Assembly (NCBI RefSeq): GCF_022045235.1
Contig: NW_027266275.1
Coordinates: 59,520,001 to 59,584,000, forward strand
Origin: Haliotis cracherodii
Taxonomy: Eukaryota
Direction: 5' to 3'
Length of the DNA stretch: 64,000 nt
Under the pieces are notes generated by a model. The model was not told the DNA's origin. It saw only the letters and a program-made list of their open reading frames with translations, and ran no database searches. The position numbers and the translations under genes were made by a program. Position 1 is the first letter of the stretch. Each line of letters starts with the position of its first letter. Below are positions 1 through 13,380 of this stretch, in pieces.

Positions 1-1367
1 GCATCTGTCTGGTTCTGCACATGCCCATATGTCATGGGTTGTTACGCCGTTCAGTCTCAGCGGATGTTGAACATATTTTAATAGCTTTTGCACATCCTTG
101 AATATGTGCTATTAAACGATTTGTTATCTATCATATGTTGGGGTACTTAGCAGTAATGCCCCAGCGATGCCATACTACACTCTCAGATATATAGGTACAT
201 ATAACATTGATAGCATCTTTATCAGTTCGATAAAGCTAATGGGATTTCGCCATTATTACTACGGTTAGAGGATTGAAGCTGTTTTAAGACTCATAAATAT
301 ATTTGTCAAAATTGATAGTAAACCATTCCGTTTGCCAAAAAAGGTGAGGACGCATTTTGATCTATTGAAGTAATTACTTGATGGGAATTCTGTCGGTAGA
401 AATTGAACGATCCATTTGTAACAGCTTTCTTGCTTAGAATAGTGTGGAAAAGGATCACTTCAATATACGAATATACCATTTTATACATATCGATAAATAT
501 TTTTCAGTCAGATGAAGTTTGAAAACGGTTCAAAGTTTACAGTCTCTGTGCATTTGCCATGTACCCCCGAGCTACAAACTGTCATGTATCATAGGCTGCT
601 TCAATCCATCTTTAAGTCCATCGTCAACTTTAATCAGCCTAAAGGACGACAACGCACATTTCTCGACTCTTCCGGCCTAGCTGCCATTGCCCACACAATG
701 CCGCAACGATTTAACGGTGTTGCTCCTTATTGATAACCAAGAGTCCTCATGAGACAACTTTCAGTTCCGTTAGTTTGTGTTGCATCTTATAATCAACCCA
801 AAATAGTGAACAGAAACTCAGAAAATGAGATAACATGTGAGGCTGACACTTGATGGTTGCGCCATATTGGACATCCTTTCCCCATTGACAGGTTGTCGAT
901 TGCACATCGATGCGGCATGCCCCCGCATATCTCCATCAGTTTACATTTCCACGGAACAGTCCGTTAGAGTAATGATGGTCGTTTTATGTGGTTGATTTCA
1001 ATTTCCAAACCAATAGACGGTATGTAATGTCAAATAAGCATGATTCACGAAGTACGTATTAGATGAATCATGATCCCAGAATGATACCTGAAAATAGGTA
1101 GACAGAGGTTGTTGTTGCATAGTAACATAACTGTATATTATAGCCCTGTATTCTATACAGATACATCTATGGCGCGACGTTAAACCGTTAAATTTCACAT
1201 CACCCATATAGGTGTGTGTCCATATGACCGTTTGATCAAGTGAATACTCAAGTGAATAAGTAACGCAGGTTATACGTGAACATTTGGTCAAAAAATTATT
1301 GTATCTGATAGAAAACATGGTATGATATTAGTAATTAATGTTGAATTCATACAGATGTGACCCAACA

Positions 1368-1456
1368 TTTGTTTGGTTTCTTGGCTAACCCCGCACTCAA
1401 CAACATTACAACAACATGGCGGCGGCCTGTAATTAATCAAGTGTTGAACAGACAAT
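1368..1456 (-). mobile_element. SINE-like family B, tail fragment
   Basis: cgcactcaacaac..atggcggcggcctgtaattaatc..cagacaat. Confidence 0.55.
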
Positions 1457-1589
1457 ATGTTAGTCTATTATAAATACAATGCCATCATGTAGTAATGGGT
1501 GTATTGTAACACAGTCTGTCGCCTCCGGGGAATGAAAATGGCCGTAAAATTTAGTGTTGCTCTAAGGATATAGATATGTGTGTTGTATT

Positions 1590-3310
1590 TATAGATATGA
1601 CAATAGGGTCAGGTTATATGTATGTGTTATATATAGAGAAGACAATATGGTCAGGTTATACATATAGCTATGTGTTATATATAGAGAAGACAATGGGGTC
1701 AGGTTACAGGTATTATGTTATATACAGAGAAGACGATCGGGTCAGGTTATAGGTATCATGTTATATATAGAGAAGACAATATGGTCAGGTTATAGGTATT
1801 ATGTTTTATATAGAGAAGACAATATGGTCAGGTTATGTGTATGTGTTATATATAGAGAAGACAATAGGGTCAGGTTATAGGTATTATGTTTTATATAGAG
1901 AAGACAATATGGTCAGGTTATGTGTATGTGTTATATTTAGAGAAGACAATAGGGTCAGGTTATAGGTATTATATTATATACAGATGAGACAATAGGGTTA
2001 GGTTATAGCTATTATGTTATGTACAGAGAAGACAATAAGGTCAGGTTATAGGTATTATGTTATATACAGAGGAGATAATCGGGTCAGGTTATAGCTATGT
2101 GTTATATATAGAGAAGACAAAATGGTCAAGTTATACGTATTATGTTATATACAGAGAAGACAATAGGGTCAGGTTATAGGTATTGTTATATACAGAGAAG
2201 ACAATAGGGTCAGGTTATAGGTATTATGTTATATACAGAGAAGGCAATAGGGTCAGGTTATAGGTATTATGTTATATACAGAGAAGATAATAGGGTCAGG
2301 TTATAGGTATTATGTTAAATACAGAGAAGATAATAGGGTCAGGTTATAGGTATTATGTTATATGTAGAGAAGACAATAAGGTCAGGTTATAGGTATTATG
2401 TTATATATAGAGAAAACAATATGGTCAGGTTATATGTATGTTTTATATATAGAGAAGATAATAGGGTCAGGTTATAGGTATTATGTTAAATACAGAGAAG
2501 ATAATAGGGTCAGGTTATAGGTATTATGTTATATGTAGAGAAGACAATATGGTCAGATTCTAGGTATTATGTTATATAGAGAGAAAACAATATGGTCAGG
2601 TAATATGTATGTTTTATATATAGAGAAGACCAAAGGGTCAGGTTATATGTATGTGTTATATTTAGAGAAGACAATATGGTCAGGTTATAGGTTTTATGTT
2701 ATATACAGAGTAGACAATAGGGTCAGATTCTAGGTATTATGTTATATATAGAGAAGACAATAGGGTCAGATTATATGTATGTGTTATATTTAGAGAAGAC
2801 AATATGGTCAGGTAATAGGTATTATGTTATATATAGAGAAGACAATATGGTCAGGTTATATGTATGTTATATATTTATATATAGAAGACAATAGGGTCAG
2901 ATTATATGTATATGTTGTATACAGAGAAGACAATAGGGTCAGGTTATATGTATGCGTTATGTTTAGAGAAGACAATTGGTTCAGGTTATACAATGTAGGT
3001 ATTATTTCATATCTAGAGAAGACAATAGGGTCAGGTTATAGGTATCATGTTATATACAGAGAGGACAATATAGTCAGGTTATAGATATTATTGTTATATA
3101 TAGAGAAGACAATATGGTCAGGTTATAGGTATTATGTTATATATGGAGAAGACAATGGGGTCAGGCTATATGTATGGGTTATATTTAGAGGAGACAATTG
3201 GGTCAGGTTATAGGTATTATGTTATATATATAGAAGACAATAGGGTCAGTTATATGTATTATGTTATATAGAGAGGTGTGCTTTACATAGAGGTGACAAA
3301 TTGGTCTGAG
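1590..3310. repeat. Minisatellite array of ~40 copies of 42/43-bp units (gtcaggttataggtattatgttatatacagagaagacaatagg and a variant)
   Basis: Direct periodicity, e.g. gtcagg at 2252 and 2295; ends are degenerate. Confidence 0.97.
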
Positions 3311-4311
3311 TATATTTTTCACAGTGCATTTCTTTCAGGACATCCAGCATATAGGATGCGTCTGTATCTCTACTATGATTCAAACAGGAACATAACTTCA
3401 CTCAGGAGTCAACTGAAAGTCCCTGCATTCATGTACCACTGTAGGAAAACAGTGACCTGCCTTTCTGTCTATTCGATGAAGTGAATGATCTCTGAGTGGT
3501 AACGTTAGATATTCCATCTTAATATGTTAATATATAACACCAAGTATGCTGATTCAATTTACTGGTTTAGATGAACCGTTCTCATCAACATGCATTTAAC
3601 CCGTTACGTCACACATAATCTTCAGGACTTCACATTGCAACGCAAAGCTGAAACAAGAATTACAACTTCTACAAGCAAAGATGGGCTTTAATCTCAATGT
3701 GCATGCTTTGACCTCTGGTGTTTACTCTCATCAATACCTTAATCGATGTCATGATTGAAGTCCAACGGGGATGCTCATGCTGCTGATGAATTGCCCGATG
3801 GAAAGGCCATGGCCTCATTTGGGCAAGTTCACTTCAATTTATGTGTATATGCGCGAACCGTCGTGGTGCTGAGTTTCGTATTTGACAGATAGGCTGTTAA
3901 TTAATGTTTAGACACCTTGGTCGGGGTTCGGAACGTGACGATAACTCATCAGTTTCTCTTCAAGGTCCCTGCTTTGATGTTGTGTGTATAATGTTCAGAA
4001 AAAATACAAGAAGTACTGTCATATGATAATGCTGTGGCTCAATACATATGCAAATCTAACAATGCTTATAAAAATTCGTATTTTTTGTTCTATTTTCCCA
4101 TTTAGCTTGAACGTTCTGCCGGATATATCCTTTATTTCTGTCAATTTAGCAAACACACCTTAGTTATTTTTATGTGGCCAATGTTTAAGTTTGTGCTAGC
4201 AAAATGCTTAAAATGTTTTGTCCATCACTGACCATACATCACTGTCCTCATGAGATCGGCGTGCATGCTTTTTAATATCTAATATATATCCGTAATGTTT
4301 ATATTGTTTTT

Positions 4312-4445
4312 ACGTTTAATGCTACACGAAGCAATATTTCAGCTTTATGATGGCGGCCTGTAAGTAATGGCGTCTGGACTAACAGACACTGATATTGAGA
4401 GGAACGATCCACGCCTTCGGAGTTCGATGACACGTCATCAACTAC
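4312..4445 (-). mobile_element. SINE-like family B, 3' fragment
   Basis: gcaatatttcagct..atggcggcctgtaagtaat..gtctggac. Confidence 0.65.
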
Positions 4446-6944
4446 CGCATCATTAAAGTATGAGTGATAAATATATCATTGAAGTATGAGGAATGAATAT
4501 ACAGCGAATAGTGAGACCTCAATACATGGCATGAACTGAGAGGGTGAGGGCTTGCTATTTTATACCACAGTCAGTAATAATACACACTTATATCGGGACG
4601 AAAACTGTTGAAAATAGTGAAGTGTTTACGAAGAAAACCAGTGGAAAATGAGCCGTCGAGATAAGCTGACTCACAACCAGCCAGGTACCACCTTGTGATA
4701 ACACTTCAGTCGGGTCAAAATGTACAACTATAGAGTACTGGGGATCTGTTCTGACTCGGCCTACCAACGGGTGTCATAATAAGAATGTTATGCTTAATGT
4801 CCTGTGTGGTAAAATAAATTATCATGGTGGTTATGATATGAGCTGGTACGTCGAATATGTGTATGTACACACACAATATTAAAATGATAGTCGACGTGCC
4901 AGCGCTAATACATCATTCGGCATGCAAGTAGAACTGAATCGCCCCATGAACAACAAACCAAAATGTGAAATGTACGATGTGAAGTGAGAAAGTGTTATGT
5001 TCCTGTCACATCACAGCAGCTGTAAAATATATGAATACCGGGGACCTATATCTCTTGTAGTTTACTATTGTTTACAACAGGAGGTTGTATATAGGTATCC
5101 AAACATAGATTCATAAAGGATTAAGTTTCTGCGACCTGAACAACATAATATTTATTCCACAAGTACTCTAACAAGTTCGTGTTAGTTAGGAGACAGAGCT
5201 CCGAGTGAAGCTAGGCACATAATCCTAAAATCGTTTGATATTTGATGAAAACTCTGTTAACATACATTTTGTGTTTGCTGTTGCCGGAAAATGTGACTGA
5301 ACGAATTAACAAAAGATTGAAAAGATTAAAAATTACTCTTGTTGACAACCAAATTTGTGTCTAAAATTCCATTGATCAATTTGAAATACACGGCAGTGTG
5401 GAGACGAGAACTGCACGTATCCCATAAATGTTTGAACAAAGCCCATTTAGGAAGGGTTGTTTTTTGTGACACTGACTGAACACAGTGTCGTTTAGCAAAG
5501 AGGTTTATTTTCCTTATACAAGCAGGAAAAAACCCCTGAGCTTTCATCGTGTTTTGGCATAATTGCATTTTCCTTTCCAAATCATGAACAACATCCTGTA
5601 TCTTGATAATAGCATCAATCAACCTGGCCATTGAAGATAAAAGAAACAAACTCCATCTTATACCAGAATATCTTGGAAGTAATAAACACATAAAGGAAAT
5701 ACATACATAGCAGCATTGTGTTTAATCACATTATTGTGACTTATTTGTGAAACTGCTCGGTCAGAAAAGTAACTCTAACGTTTGTAAAAATGGGAAGCAA
5801 ATATGAACATACTTTTAAGACTTGAATACTTTTAGGTATTAGTCTTCAACATAATAAACTTCAACGTATTTGTAAACCCCATCTTCACACCGATAAGAGG
5901 GGATGATAGAAATTTCATGTATGCATCAATTTGACGGCACATAATCCTAGCATGAATGGGTAAAGCACTCTAACGTTAATAGAGTATACTTCATATTATT
6001 CCAGGACATACATATTGACAATGCCATGAGGCAAGAATATACTAGAGCTTGTGAGATTTTAAAAACCATTTGGGCAAATCCTCGATCTCTACGCTTACCA
6101 TTAACAGTATAAAGTTCCTTTAACTCAATATATTCTCAGGGTGGTCATGCCATGCATAATTCTGTATAAGACGTCGTAGAGTGATACGCGAGGCTAGCGT
6201 TCATCCTTTCGTATTTATTGGCATGCCAAAGCTTTCCGTATGAAATTGGTTTTGACAGTGACCATAAGTTCCACCATGAGCGGCTTCACAGCGCTGGCAT
6301 GAACTGCTAGAATGCCTGTTAAGTCATTTTACCAGAACGTATGTGCTTAATAACATAATCTACCATGGTGTGGCGTCTAAAACGCTCGCGGAAACCCTCT
6401 AAGGCACTTTTTCTGTCAAAAATGACTGCGGAATTACTCTCATGAAAGTTGTTTTACCACCTCGACCACGACGATAGCACATTGGTGGCAACAACGTCAT
6501 GTTAAGGATGGGCATCGGCGTGAAATATCTTGTCGGCGATGTCATTTACATGAGCTTCGTGATTTGCAAAACCGTTTCAAGGTTTACCAGACTGTGTAAC
6601 CAAGCTGTTGAAATGTGTTTCTAAACGTACATTTTAATGTTACTCGCTCGGCGAGATTGTAAATGTCTAATGTGTTGCAGGTCCTTTGAGGAATGTTCTA
6701 ATCAATATCCTTTGAAAAGTTTGAGTTTTCCTTTGAGAGGTTACGATTGAGGTTTACTGTGCCAGAACATTTTAGTTGCTTTATAAAGCAATGACAATGA
6801 CTCAATAGGTGGCTTTGCTAAGCTCTTTGCTTTATAAAGCAATTACAGCGACTCAATGGGCTGACTTTGCTAATATCGTTTAACCTCTTTGCTTTAATAC
6901 ACAGAAACATAACGTGTACTTGAATAAATATATATTTCAAGATT

Positions 6945-6975
6945 TTCGCGTTTAAGATTTGCAACGATCATGCGT

Positions 6976-7032
<57 letters not shown>

Positions 7033-7284
7033 TGTATGTGCTTGTACTAGGTCTGACTAGTGTCGGTTTTAAAGTGCTAGCCCACTGAGATACCATGCCG
7101 CAGGTAAACATGAATACCCTTCTCAGACACAGCAGACTTACTCAGAGCCATCAAGTCCTTGTTTTATCCCCTTAACGCCGAACTCAAGGCAGGGTAACAA
7201 GTATCATCTTATAGTATAACTTGGCTGGGGATTGGCTCCCGACCATCCACTCAACCATATAGAACACTAGAACACGGAGGCAGT
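6945..7284 (-). mobile_element. SINE family D containing an expanded (GT)n
   Basis: Reverse complement of the family D body on both sides of the microsatellite. Confidence 0.75.
6978..7040. repeat. (GT)n microsatellite
   Basis: Directly visible. Confidence 0.97.
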
Positions 7285-7486
7285 CACAACGTCAATGTTT
7301 TGATGGAAAAACAATAACATATGCTTCACGTTTACTTTAAAATATACTAAGGTGTTAAAATCTATACTGTTAACTCTATATATGGTTGTATACATGAGCA
7401 AACCCTTTAAATAATGACACCTTTTCTCAGCATTTGCTTACCCGGTGAATCTAAGATGTAAAATAATTGCAAACAGCCGAGACAAA

Positions 7487-7675
7487 TGAGTGAGTGAGTG
7501 AGTGAGTGAGTGAGTGAGTGAGTGAATGGCGCGGCGGAATGGTGGTAAATTATAATGATAGTCATGGCGAATTTAGGCTTCGAACCCCCGACCATAGGAT
7601 CATGCCAAGCCAAGCAACTGATGCAAATCTCCACAGCAACTCACTGCGCGTGAACCAACCAGGCTATCTGCGCCC
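7487..7675 (-). mobile_element. tRNA-derived SINE (family E) with a long (GAGT)n tail
   Basis: Minus strand A box TAGCCTGGTTGG, B box GGTTCGAAGCC, ~10 copies of ACTC in the tail. Confidence 0.72.
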
Positions 7676-9254
7676 AATGAAATAGAAACTGCCCTGGACT
7701 AAGATTCACGTAAACATTCATATGACCTCTCAGTTTGACGTTGTCCAACATAAATATTGTTTGTTCTGGTGATGCGAATTTTGTTCATCATGTGTACCAA
7801 TTCATATCACACAGAGTCAAGGTTTTGCGAAGCGACAAGCTTCTCACACTATCGACTCAGTGGGAGTTATACATTTTGAGAAAATAAATATTTTGTTGAC
7901 TTTGCAGCAATATCTCTTAGACGTTCAAACAGGCAAAACAATTCAATAAACATAGAATAATCGTAGGCCAGCGCTACAAATTATGATTTCATAACTGAAT
8001 GAAGGCAATCTTGTAGAACACCTTCATGTAGATTTAATCCCGCCATCGTGTCTACAAGAATAAAACATTCAGATACCAGGCAAACAGTGGCTGGGAACTA
8101 AGGTAAACATATTCTTACAGTTCCTTCAATGCAACTCTTCTGATTACTGGAATGTTTGGCAAACTGAAAGTTGAAGAGTCTAGTCATTTATGTATTTTAG
8201 ATTAGCTTCATATTTGGAGGTATACACACGCAGCAAAAGGGTTAATATTGGCCATTTAAAAAGAGATTGAAGAAGATTGTAAAAGTGTAAATCACAATGA
8301 CATGAATGTAAAACGTGTTCAGTAAATATGTGTACGAAATGTCAGTCTGGTAAATTTGAGTAGAAAATCCTCAGATTGCCAACATTATACAATGTCACGA
8401 GAGATTCATATTTCGAAGATATCAGTCAGGCTTGACATTAGTTGCAATTTTACGTTTGGGGCATAGTAGCTTCAATGACAACACGTCCCTACTTGGACTA
8501 GCTCAGACATCCAAACTTAAAATGTGATTGTGTGATATCTTCCAAATACATTGATCTGTACCTACCACAGCAATTCATGAAATTCAATAAAGATAGCAAT
8601 GAATTAACTTATTTTCGGAATTCACGAGATGAAGCGAATCCCCTAAAGAAACAGACAATGTCGATTTTCTGTTGATGTTTCTTTTATGTAGTTTCGACAA
8701 CATACCTTCATGGAATCCTGCTAAAAAATCTACCCAATATGTCACAAAACGAGAAATTAACCTGACAAATATCAATCTTGTTTTACTGATACAGAAAGGA
8801 TGTCTAATTCTCACCACGCAGGCGTACATTGGTGTGTTTATTGCTGGCTTGAAAACAATGTTCAAGACACAAGCTATTAATGAAAGCATGTCGGATATTG
8901 ACACTATGAAATGGAATCCAGACTCTAGGGAACCATTCAATCAGTGGGTACAGAGACAACCCTGTCTGACCATATAACACTCTTGTGCTGGTTGACAGCG
9001 CTCACTAAGAGCATGATTTGTTGTTTATCCATTGTTTATGACCGTGTCCATTTGTACTCTAAATATTCGTTATGTACTTGTAAGTATCTGGTTGTGATGG
9101 TTTTAATATATCACACAGCACAATACGTGCTCAACACATTGTACTCATATCTTCAACAGCGTTTCAGAGCCAAGTTTATTTATTCCGATATAAATTGCTG
9201 ATAAGTGTTATCATTGAGTGAGACGGACTGAAGAAATGTATTACGCGAGGCAGG

Positions 9255-9411
9255 TCGTTAACGTGCAACACTTAACCAGCTATGTTATATTATCCTAGCT
9301 ACTTGTAAATAAATGACATTGGGCCGGTCACGCCAAGTCTCGATAAGAAAAATGAGCAAGGATTCAGAACGTCACCCGATCCTCATGAGCCAACTCTTAC
9401 GACAAGCATGG
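9255..9411 (-). mobile_element. SINE-like family B, degraded
   Basis: cacccgatcc..ctcttacgacaagcatgg. Confidence 0.5.
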
Positions 9412-9656
9412 AGAGATATTATCTTCTGTACTACATTTTATCCATCATGTTGTGATTCTGTCCTAACAAGACACACTGGTTGAAAAACTTCAGGTTGTTA
9501 TAAGTAAATGATTAATGATTGCATAAGAATTAAATTCAAACTTTGTGAAATAATTTCTTGCTGTCACAGCTTGTAAAGGACAGGATACACATGTACTCCT
9601 TAACGAAACAATGTTATTAAACAATTCTCTTCTGAGCAGATTATCTTACACTATGA

Positions 9657-9711
9657 GTGAGTGAGTTAAGATTTAACGTCACATCGGCAGTATTTCAGCC
9701 ATATCGTGACG
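9657..9711 (-). mobile_element. Heavily 5'-truncated LINE/SINE 3' end with (ACTC)n
   Basis: Minus strand cgtcacgatatggctgaaatactgccgatgtgacgttaaatc; 14-bp TSD atcttaca(c/a)tatga (9643-9656 / 9712-9725). Confidence 0.8.
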
Positions 9712-10032
9712 ATCTTACAATATGAACTGAGATTGATATCAAGACTTGAACTGGCTGTTGATTGATCATAATAATACTATAAGTAGAGACGTAAGTACTA
9801 ATAGAATCATAAGAAGGTATTTGTAGAACAGCCGATAAAGAGATCATAACATATATTTTTATGTCAAATGAAGGGAACAGAAAGAAATATCTTGGAAGAT
9901 AAAAACCGTGATAATCTCATAATCTGTAATTTTACCAGTCGATACCATGTTTATTTGAATGTGAGAAGAAGACGATGGTGATACTGTTTTTGTCTTTCTG
10001 CTCGGAGGTATAACCAAATAAGTCAAAGATGA

Positions 10033-10194
10033 GTGAGTGAGTATGTTTTACGCCGTTTTTAGCAATATTCCAGCAATATCACGGCGGGGAACACCAGAAA
10101 TGGGCTTCACACATTGTACCCATGTCGGGACTCGAACTCGGGTCTTCGGCGTGACGAGCGAACGCTTTAACCACTAGGCTACCCGACCGCCCCC
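10033..10194 (-). mobile_element. SINE family A (tRNA-Asp/Glu-like head, (ACTC)n tail), full length
   Basis: A box TAGCCTAGTGG and B box GTTCGAGTCC on the minus strand; 11-bp TSD gtcaaagatga (10022-10032 / 10195-10205). Confidence 0.92.
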
Positions 10195-10264
10195 GTCAAA
10201 GATGAATTCGATTACAATATTTGGGAGAAATCATTGTACATATTAGTATTACAGTCACAAATTT

Positions 10265-10478
10265 GGATCTAGAATTGGTCTTTAGTAAGAGGCGACTAAC
10301 GGGATCAGGTAGACTGGCTCGCTGACTTGGTTGATGCATGTCATCGCATACTAATTGCGCATGCGTAAATCATTGCTCCTGGTGTGAAACACTGGATTGT
10401 CTGCTCCAGATTCGATTATTTATAGACCGCCGTCATATAGCTGAAATATTGCTGAGTGCGGCGTTAAACAACAAACAA
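10265..10478 (+). mobile_element. SINE-like family B
   Basis: taagaggcgactaacgggatc..cactggattgtctg..gaccgccgtcatatagctgaaatattgctgagtgcggcgttaaacaacaaac. Confidence 0.88.
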
Positions 10479-12069
10479 GATGATGATCTACCATTTTCTT
10501 TGTATTTGTATTCCTGGTATTGTGGACAGAGTTACGGGTTTCAGCGATATGGATGAATAAATCCCTTTAATGTCAAACAAAACCACCATTTCATTCAAAA
10601 CGCCGTGATAACTCATTACACCGTAATGTTTTGAGGGAAGAAATGTATCTCTTGCCTATAAGGTTATGTGATCGTCCGAACATAACAACAAAAATGGTGA
10701 TAGTATATTTTACTAGATTACCGATTGTGATCTTCGAGGATCACCGTCGGTTCTCATACAAAGCATGTCTGCTGAAGTCTCTATTCCGTATTTTAGGCAT
10801 ATCATATTCCCTGGTGGTGGTTGATATGCCTTGCAAATGTTGAGCAGCATAACAACGTGTCATGTGCTTATTTCAATCCATGACTTCATCAGTATGACTC
10901 AGATGTGTATTAGAAATTCAGTAATCATACATTGTGACATAAAGCACAAATGTTCCTTATATTTGACACGTATAAACGAGTTGAGAATGTTATCTTTACA
11001 AATGCGCATGGCTGTAGTATTCTGGGAGTCAAGAACACTCAAAGGCTGCCAAAGAACAAATACTGCAGTTAAACATGGATATAAACCAGTGAGACAAATG
11101 CTGGAGGAAAGTGACCATGACTTGTTTCCATCGAGTTGAAGCTAAGTCTGTAACATATGATGTTATGAAATGTTTGTAACAGCTGCAACATTCTTGTTCT
11201 CAGCATTTAACTGGGATGCTAATTTGAGAAATGTTACTTGTACCGTTTAGTTTTGTTCTATGCCCCTAATCCTATGTGAATGTGTGGCATTTGATTACGT
11301 GTGTCATATTCTATCAACGTTGTTCAATTGCTTGTTCTGGAGTTTCAGAATTGGCTTTGTGTTCTCAAGTCGAGTGGAAATTCCAGTATGTTGTTAAATT
11401 ATTATGTCTAATAGATACATGTACATGTAGACAGGATTCTGCTGGCATACTCCTGTATTTCCTTGAAAAAGTTTCATTTGTGCGCAGTATGATTCATAAC
11501 AATGCCAAAAAGGTCGTTCAAAGAAGGGATTCGACGTTTGATTAAATTCTCTTTTTGATCCATGCAAAAGTACACCATTTTTCATGATAGAAAGAATTCA
11601 TTAAAAAGCACAGGTCAAATAAAAAACACTTTTCCTATAAATATTCTCCATATTCAACTCAAGTTAGCATGTATTTGCGTGTTCATTTCACGTTCCTGTT
11701 CATTATAGTCCTTCAGCGAAGATTTATGTTACTCTTTTTCTGAATAAGCATTCGAAAAACTTTGTTTGCTTGGAATTTAATTTCAAATGCATGGGTTATG
11801 TCACCCCCCATTTTCAGAGGCAATATTACATTTATTTACGGTTTATCAAACTAAACAAAGCCTCTTCATTCCCGTATCAGGACCAGGAATCGAGTCGATT
11901 TGTCTTTTTCAAATGTGTTATTGCGATGAAAGATGTGATAACGAGGAGAAGTGGTTTTATTTAGAATATGTATATCAATGAAAACAGATTATTACTGGAT
12001 ATATATGCTTAAGTATATGCATACCTTAACTGGCATCAGTACCGACACGTCGCAGTGGAATAGTTAAAA

Positions 12070-12430
12070 TCTATAAGACAACTCAACGTGGACTCAAAGG
12101 ATCGGGTGGTAAGACTCTTGGACTTGGTTGATGCATGTCATCGTATCCCAAATGCGTGGATCGAGGCACATGGTGCCAATCACTGGATTGCCTGGTCCAG
12201 ACTGGATCATTTACAGACCGCCATCATATAGCTAGAATATTGCTGAGTGTGGCGTTAAACTACAAACAAACGAACAAACGTGTAATCTGCCTGTTTGTGT
12301 CTCATCGTTCAAAGACGGTGAAGATTGTTGTTCGTGCTATCAATCAACAGTTTACCTGGTTCAGACTCGATTATTTAGAGACCGCCGTGATAAATATGGA
12401 ATATTGCTGAAGCAAAATTTTCTCACTCAT
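12070..12430 (+). mobile_element. SINE-like family B copy (12070-12279) followed by a second 3' fragment (~12320-12430)
   Basis: Same body and tail motifs as the 10265 copy. Confidence 0.8.
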
Positions 12431-13049
12431 TCAAATGGATCACTGTCATTGTGCATGTAAAAAGTATGAGAAAATGATGACGTCTTTGAATATAGTTTAC
12501 ATCTGATTGGCCTGTTTGTAATTAAAAACACACACTCTGGTGAAAGGGGTAAACAAAGATGACATCAGTGAGACTTTAACAGAGTAGATTTCCTTGTAAT
12601 TTTCAAACTAAGCGCTCAATGTTGAAGTCGAATGCAGGGAAGTGACATTTCCATCATTACAATGGGCATGTTTTTCAGCACCATATCACGTATTCTTGGA
12701 CCTTGACGTGAAACATTCTACTTTATCAAATGAGTTCTATTTGTTTACAAAAGCTATTATATTGATCTTATCTCCCTACGACCCTTTTGATGCTTCTGAT
12801 ACTGATATTTGTGGGGAAAAGGAAAACGCCAAGAGTGCATTTGACGGTTCTGCTATCAATGTTTTTACCTGTAAAATCTCAGTGAAATCCAATGTTCGTA
12901 CAGTGCACTCCAGTTTCAATCCGACTCTGATAAAAATCCTGATGATTAGAATGAGGCAATCTAAATAAATGGCCATATAACTGTCCGATAAGCCCGTACT
13001 TTACAACAGTTTACACATGCGATATCAACGAGACAGTTATGTGACAATT

Positions 13050-13380
13050 TATCAATGTTGGAAATTGCACTTTTTGAAAGGTGTGGACCAAAGGTCTATA
13101 TACAACTCTATGCGTCATATCCGACCATTCACAGAGTAAAATATCGCATTCTCTGATGAAGGATGGGAAGATTGAACCACATGACAAAACCTACGCCTCA
13201 TACTGATAATGGTTAAGGTAAATAACAACGAGAAATGTCTATAAACCTCCCAACCTGGTTTAGGCCAAATTAAGGTGTCTGTGTCAGTGCTGAGCAAAAT
13301 TAAGTTTAAATATTGGGTGTTCCTGAGTGAAACGATAATTTAGCGCTGTGAAAACGTTGCCCAAACTCCGCGCTCGAAGT
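13050..13380 (-). mobile_element. Possible decayed XPG/FEN1-like domain of an Academ-type DNA transposon
   Basis: ILLSTDTDTLI resembles V.S.DTDV; after a frameshift, FYSV..GYDA*SCI*TFG resembles FHA.TGCD.TS.F.G.G. Confidence 0.25.

Noticed and set aside
1590-3310. CRISPR-like regular repeats (also 51235-53560)
   Set aside because: Units are contiguous with no unique spacers, there are no cas genes, and the context is eukaryotic
3783-3805. CTGATGA...GAAA hammerhead-like spacing
   Set aside because: No proper stem II, stem I or cleavage-site context
5326-5691. 121-aa minus-strand ORF (similarly 47076-47519 and 23812-23994)
   Set aside because: No recognisable domain or supporting splice structure; compatible with chance ORFs
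8672-8977. RT-like fragment (YIGVFIAGLKTMF resembles GVFIDLKKAF)
   Set aside because: A single weak motif with no neighbouring RT motifs
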